Positions 61,291 through 64,000 of a stretch of 64,000 nucleotides of DNA are shown one piece after another; positions within the stretch are counted from its first letter, which is position 1; every line of letters starts with the position of its first letter. The stretch covers positions 5,486 through 69,485 of the forward strand of contig JBHOQK010000009.1 in assembly GCA_042408205.1 (NCBI GenBank). Direction: 5' to 3'. A model generated the notes under the pieces. It was given only the letters and a program-made list of their open reading frames with translations. It did no database searches and had not been told where the DNA came from. The position numbers and the translations under genes are program-made. This stretch comes from Dehalococcoidia bacterium. GTDB lineage: Bacteria > Chloroflexota > Dehalococcoidia > GIF9 > DYGU01.

Positions 61291-62767
61291 TTTCTTTTCC
61301 CTCCAGTTTAGTCAAAAGGAGTTCCCGGACTATTTCTGGGTTAACCCGCCCTTTGGTAATTCGCATCACTTGCCCGATAAGAAAAGTAAGCGCTTGTTGT
61401 TTTCCCGATTTGAAATCGGAAACTGCCTTGTTATTATCTGCTATCACTTGATTTATAACCCTTTTAATTTCTTCCATATCCTTTAGTTGACTAAGTTCCT
61501 TTTCCATTATAATTTGAGATGGAGGCTTACCGGTATGAAACATTTCTTCAAAAACTATTTTAGCTGCGGTCCCAGTAATATTACCTTGCTCGATGAGGCT
61601 AAGTAAGTCTACCAGATGTTGAGGGGTGATCCGACTTTCCTGTATTTTGGTATTGGTAGCATTAAGAAGGCGACTGAATTCTCCCAGAAGCCAGTTACTC
61701 ACTTCCTTTGCCTTGTAAGGAAGTTGGGAAGCTTCGCTGGTTCTGGATATTATCTCCAAACAGCTTTCAAAAAAGTCAGCCATAGCCCTTGAGTTGGTCA
61801 GGAGATTAGCATCATAAGCGGGAAGACTATACTGGGAGATGAAGCGATCCCGTCTAGCCTCAGGAAGTTCTGGTAATCGGGATTTAATTTCTTCTATCCA
61901 GGCTGGGTCTAAGATAATGGGGGGTAAATCAGGTTCGGGGAAATAGCGGTAATCGTGGGCATATTCTTTACTTCTCTGAGCTACAGTTATTCCCTTTTCT
62001 TCAACCCAGCCCCTTGTTTCTTGAACCAGTTCTCCTTTTTGTTCCAAAATCTGTTTTTGTCGATTTATTTCATATTCAAGAGCCTGAAATACAGCTTTAA
62101 AACTATTCATATTTTTGATTTCTACCTTAGGTAAAAGCTGTGAGCTCCCTTTAGGGCGAAGACTAATATTAGCGTCACACCGGAAGCTACCCTCTTCCAT
62201 ATTACCAGTAGAAACTCCCAGATACTGAAGAATGCTCCGTAATTTGATGAGGAATTGGCGGGCTTCTTCAGGGGAATTTATTTCAGGTCGGCTGACAATT
62301 TCCATTAAGGGGACCCCGGAACGGTTAACATCTATTAGACTATAGCTTTCTCCCCAGGGGGTAACCCGATGGAACAATTTGGCAACATCTTCTTCTAAAT
62401 GGACACGAATAATGCCAATAGTCTTTTTAGTCCCATTAAGGTCAATAGTAATGCTACCGTCTCGTCCTATGGGATGGTCATACTGGGAAATTTGGTAACC
62501 TTTCATTAAATCAGGATAAGGATAATTCTTCCGGTCAAACTTGACATATTCAGATATGCGGCAATTAAGAGCTAAAGCAGTCATTATAGTGTATTCTACT
62601 GCCTTCTTATTGATAGTGGGTAGAACCCCGGGCATACCCAGACAAATAGGGCAGACATGGGTATTTGGCGGGGCATTGGCATAATCAGCGCTACAAGAGC
62701 AAAACATCTTGCTCTTGGTAAGGAGTTGAGCATGAACTTCTAAGCCGATGATAGTTTCAAAATCCAT
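61283..62767 (-). CDS. gatB: Aspartyl/glutamyl-tRNA(Asn/Gln) amidotransferase subunit B
   Basis: The N-terminus matches the GatB consensus (MDFETIIGLEVHAQL), and a GatB/YqeY C-terminal domain is present. The track ORF starts 23 codons earlier. Confidence 0.95.
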   Translation of the reverse strand: MDFETIIGLEVHAQLLTKSKMFCSCSADYANAPPNTHVCPICLGMPGVLPTINKKAVEYTIMTALALNCRISEYVKFDRKNYPYPDLMKGYQISQYDHPIGRDGSITIDLNGTKKTIGIIRVHLEEDVAKLFHRVTPWGESYSLIDVNRSGVPLMEIVSRPEINSPEEARQFLIKLRSILQYLGVSTGNMEEGSFRCDANISLRPKGSSQLLPKVEIKNMNSFKAVFQALEYEINRQKQILEQKGELVQETRGWVEEKGITVAQRSKEYAHDYRYFPEPDLPPIILDPAWIEEIKSRLPELPEARRDRFISQYSLPAYDANLLTNSRAMADFFESCLEIISRTSEASQLPYKAKEVSNWLLGEFSRLLNATNTKIQESRITPQHLVDLLSLIEQGNITGTAAKIVFEEMFHTGKPPSQIIMEKELSQLKDMEEIKRVINQVIADNNKAVSDFKSGKQQALTFLIGQVMRITKGRVNPEIVRELLLTKLEGKENA

Positions 62768-62779
62768 AATTTTAGGCAA

Positions 62780-62808
62780 AGTATAACAATGTTGACTTAT
62801 TTGGGCAA
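62780..62808 (-). promoter_or_regulatory. Putative promoter for gatB-secG-menG
   Basis: Read on the minus strand: TTGCCC, a 17-nt spacer, TATACT. The -10 ends about 12 nt before the gatB ATG, which implies a very short leader. Confidence 0.35.
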
Positions 62809-62884
62809 GAAAATAAAAGTTAAGATAATTTAGCAATTCCCTTGTAATTGGGCAAAGTTGAATTACTAACTTTTAAAATTCTCC

Positions 62885-62913
62885 TTGACGAGATTTAACT
62901 GCTTTGTTAGAAT
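62885..62913 (+). promoter_or_regulatory. Promoter for the tRNA cluster
   Basis: TTGACG at 62885-62890, a 17-nt spacer, and TAGAAT at 62908-62913. This sits about 12 nt upstream of the tRNA-Ala 5' end. Confidence 0.5.
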
Positions 62914-62925
62914 GGGCATACTCAA

Positions 62926-63001
62926 GGGGATATAGCTCAATAGGGAGAGCGCTGCGTTCGCATCGCAGAGGTCGGGGGTTCGAATCCCCCTATCTCCACC
63001 A
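62926..63001 (+). tRNA. tRNA-Ala (anticodon CGC), CCA encoded
   Basis: Hand-folded cloverleaf. The acceptor pairs GGGGATA with TATCTCC, including the Ala-identity G3:U70 pair. The anticodon loop is TTCGCAT, and the T-loop is TTCGAAT. Confidence 0.85.
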
Positions 63002-63023
63002 TTAGAATAAAAGAGGGTGGAAA

Positions 63024-63458
63024 ATGGCAGAAATTAAGAAAAGGGGTAAAAAAGGCGAAGTAGAGAATATTGTTACTGCTTTGCTTCACTCTGAGATTCC
63101 CGAAATTCAGACTATTATTAATGAACTGTCGGGGTGTACCAAGCAACTTGAAGAACATAGTCAAAAACTTCAAAGCTACGCCCTTAAAATACAAGAATTA
63201 GCTAAGGAAGAAGAAGCGGAAATGCCTATGGAAGCTGAGCTTCTTAAACGTCTGGAAAGTTTAGAAAGGGCTTTAGCTGAAGTTAGAGAGAAAACAGCTG
63301 TATTACCATCTAAACTAAAGTCTGTGGTTAAAATTCAGGAAACATTGGAAGAGGCAAAGGAGACTAAGGAAGTCCGGAAAGAAGTGCCACCTTTACCCGG
63401 GAGGTGGATTACTTATACTACTCCGGAAGGATTTACTGTCCGGAAGCGAATTTATTAA
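63024..63458 (+). CDS. Hypothetical coiled-coil protein encoded between tRNA genes
   Basis: 144 aa with a GGGTGGAAAA RBS-like sequence upstream. It is Glu/Lys-rich with heptad-like character and has no recognised domain. Confidence 0.4.
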   Translation: MAEIKKRGKKGEVENIVTALLHSEIPEIQTIINELSGCTKQLEEHSQKLQSYALKIQELAKEEEAEMPMEAELLKRLESLERALAEVREKTAVLPSKLKSVVKIQETLEEAKETKEVRKEVPPLPGRWITYTTPEGFTVRKRIY

Positions 63459-63465
63459 GAAAGAC

Positions 63466-63539
63466 GCCCCTGTAGCTCAGGTGGAAAGAGCAGCGGTTTC
63501 CTAAACCGCGTGTCGGGCGTTCGAGTCGCCCCAGGGGTA
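63466..63539 (+). tRNA. tRNA-Arg (anticodon CCT), CCA not encoded
   Basis: Hand-folded. The acceptor pairs GCCCCTG with CAGGGGT (a G1:U72 wobble). The anticodon stem-loop is GCGGT-TTCCTAA-ACCGC, and the T-arm is GGGCG-TTCGAGT-CGCCC. Confidence 0.7.
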
Positions 63540-63560
63540 CTAAATATTAAAATAGAAAAT

Positions 63561-63634
63561 AGGAGTGTAGCTCAGCCAGGAAGAGCAGCGGTCTCCAAAA
63601 CCGCAGGTCGGGGGTTCGAATCCCTCCACTCCTG
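63561..63634 (+). tRNA. tRNA-Trp (anticodon CCA), CCA not encoded
   Basis: Hand-folded. The acceptor pairs AGGAGTG with CACTCCT. The anticodon stem-loop is GCGGT-CTCCAAA-ACCGC. The T-loop is TTCGAAT, and the discriminator is G. Confidence 0.75.
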
Positions 63635-63806
63635 CTTTATTTTTGCTCTCCTTTGCCTGTGGTTGATTTTTTAGTTGACGTTCCTTAGCTTCTCTCAATT
63701 TGGGCTAAAGCTACTCTACCAAGTTGTTTCGAAGGAGGAAAGGGGTTTTTTTTGGTGTCTTAATTAGTGAATTGTTACTTTTTAATAAAATGAATTAGCT
63801 TAGAAT

Positions 63807-64000
63807 GATGGAGGAACTTATATTACAACATAGGGATAAAAAGATATATGCCACTCAGTTTGGCAAATCAAAGTGCGGAGTTTTACTTTGTCCACCGCAT
63901 CCAGCTTATGGAGGAAATAGAAAGGACTTGAGACTGGTTGTCATCGCCAATAAATTAACAAGTTCTGGAATCTCCGCTTTATGTATAGACTACTCCGCCT
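63807..64000 (+). CDS. 3'-partial CDS, possibly an alpha/beta-hydrolase-fold protein
   Basis: ATG after a GGAGGA RBS. It reads MEELILQHRDKKIYATQFGKSKCGVLLCPPHPAYGGNRKDLRLVVIANKLTSSGISALCIDYSA and runs off the window end. Confidence 0.3.

Noticed and set aside
62937-63194. 85-aa minus-strand ORF from the track
   Set aside because: It overlaps tRNA-Ala and the tRNA promoter and runs antisense to the 63024-63458 ORF. It is a spurious ORF created by the tRNA sequence.
1-64000. Search for CRISPR arrays, transposases/IS elements, integrases, phage structural genes and toxin-antitoxin pairs
   Set aside because: I found no regularly spaced direct repeats and no ORFs with transposase, integrase or phage signatures in any frame. 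The window appears to be core chromosome.

Overview
This 64-kb window looks like a chromosomal core segment of a low-GC anaerobic bacterium. The gene content (DnaD/DnaI-type primosome, rny-ymdB, ComF, long-form hpf, HisZ-dependent his operon, Isf flavoprotein, HdrD-like Fe-S proteins) suggests a Firmicutes/Clostridia-like organism, but that lineage call is inference only. Both strands are densely packed with housekeeping genes.

Order of genes through the window:
- HNH endonuclease (partial, at the window edge), dxs.
- A minus-strand replication block: rplI, dnaB helicase, a DnaD-like gene and a tandem-AAA DnaI-like loader.
- trxB, plsX, an M20 amidohydrolase.
- yceD-rpmF-fabD, a radical SAM gene, nusB-acpP, an acyl-CoA dehydrogenase, and a two-subunit transketolase.
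- thpR, comF, hpf, then a half-size MFS protein with two mini-TM paralogs, and dnaE.
- nadE-recA-recX-rny-ymdB and a PHP phosphoesterase.
- A redox cluster: fused cytochrome b/HdrD-like protein, cupin, a frameshifted ccdA, a SagB-type nitroreductase, and a hemerythrin/DUF438 sensor.
- A 1410-aa double-activase/dehydratase fusion.
- hisZ, tandem hisG, hisD, hisC, hisB.
- nfeD-stomatin, birA, isf.
- An orphan 5S rRNA, then clpC-radA-ispD-ispF-cysE-cysS.
- An orphan ORF, an MBL-fold hydrolase, a CoADR-like oxidoreductase, menG/ubiE, secG, gatB.
- tRNA-Ala, an ORF, tRNA-Arg, tRNA-Trp, and a partial hydrolase-like CDS at the window end.

I found no CRISPR array, transposase, integrase or phage module. 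The stretch most like accessory DNA is roughly 30.9-40.5 kb (the thiol/quinone redox cluster plus the giant activase-dehydratase). The oddities I would look at first are the tandem HisG, the double-AAA helicase loader, hisB lacking a canonical start codon, the ccdA frameshift, the lone 5S rRNA, and the ORF sitting inside the tRNA cluster.

All coordinates come from the supplied ORF track or from hand indexing and may be off by a few bases.
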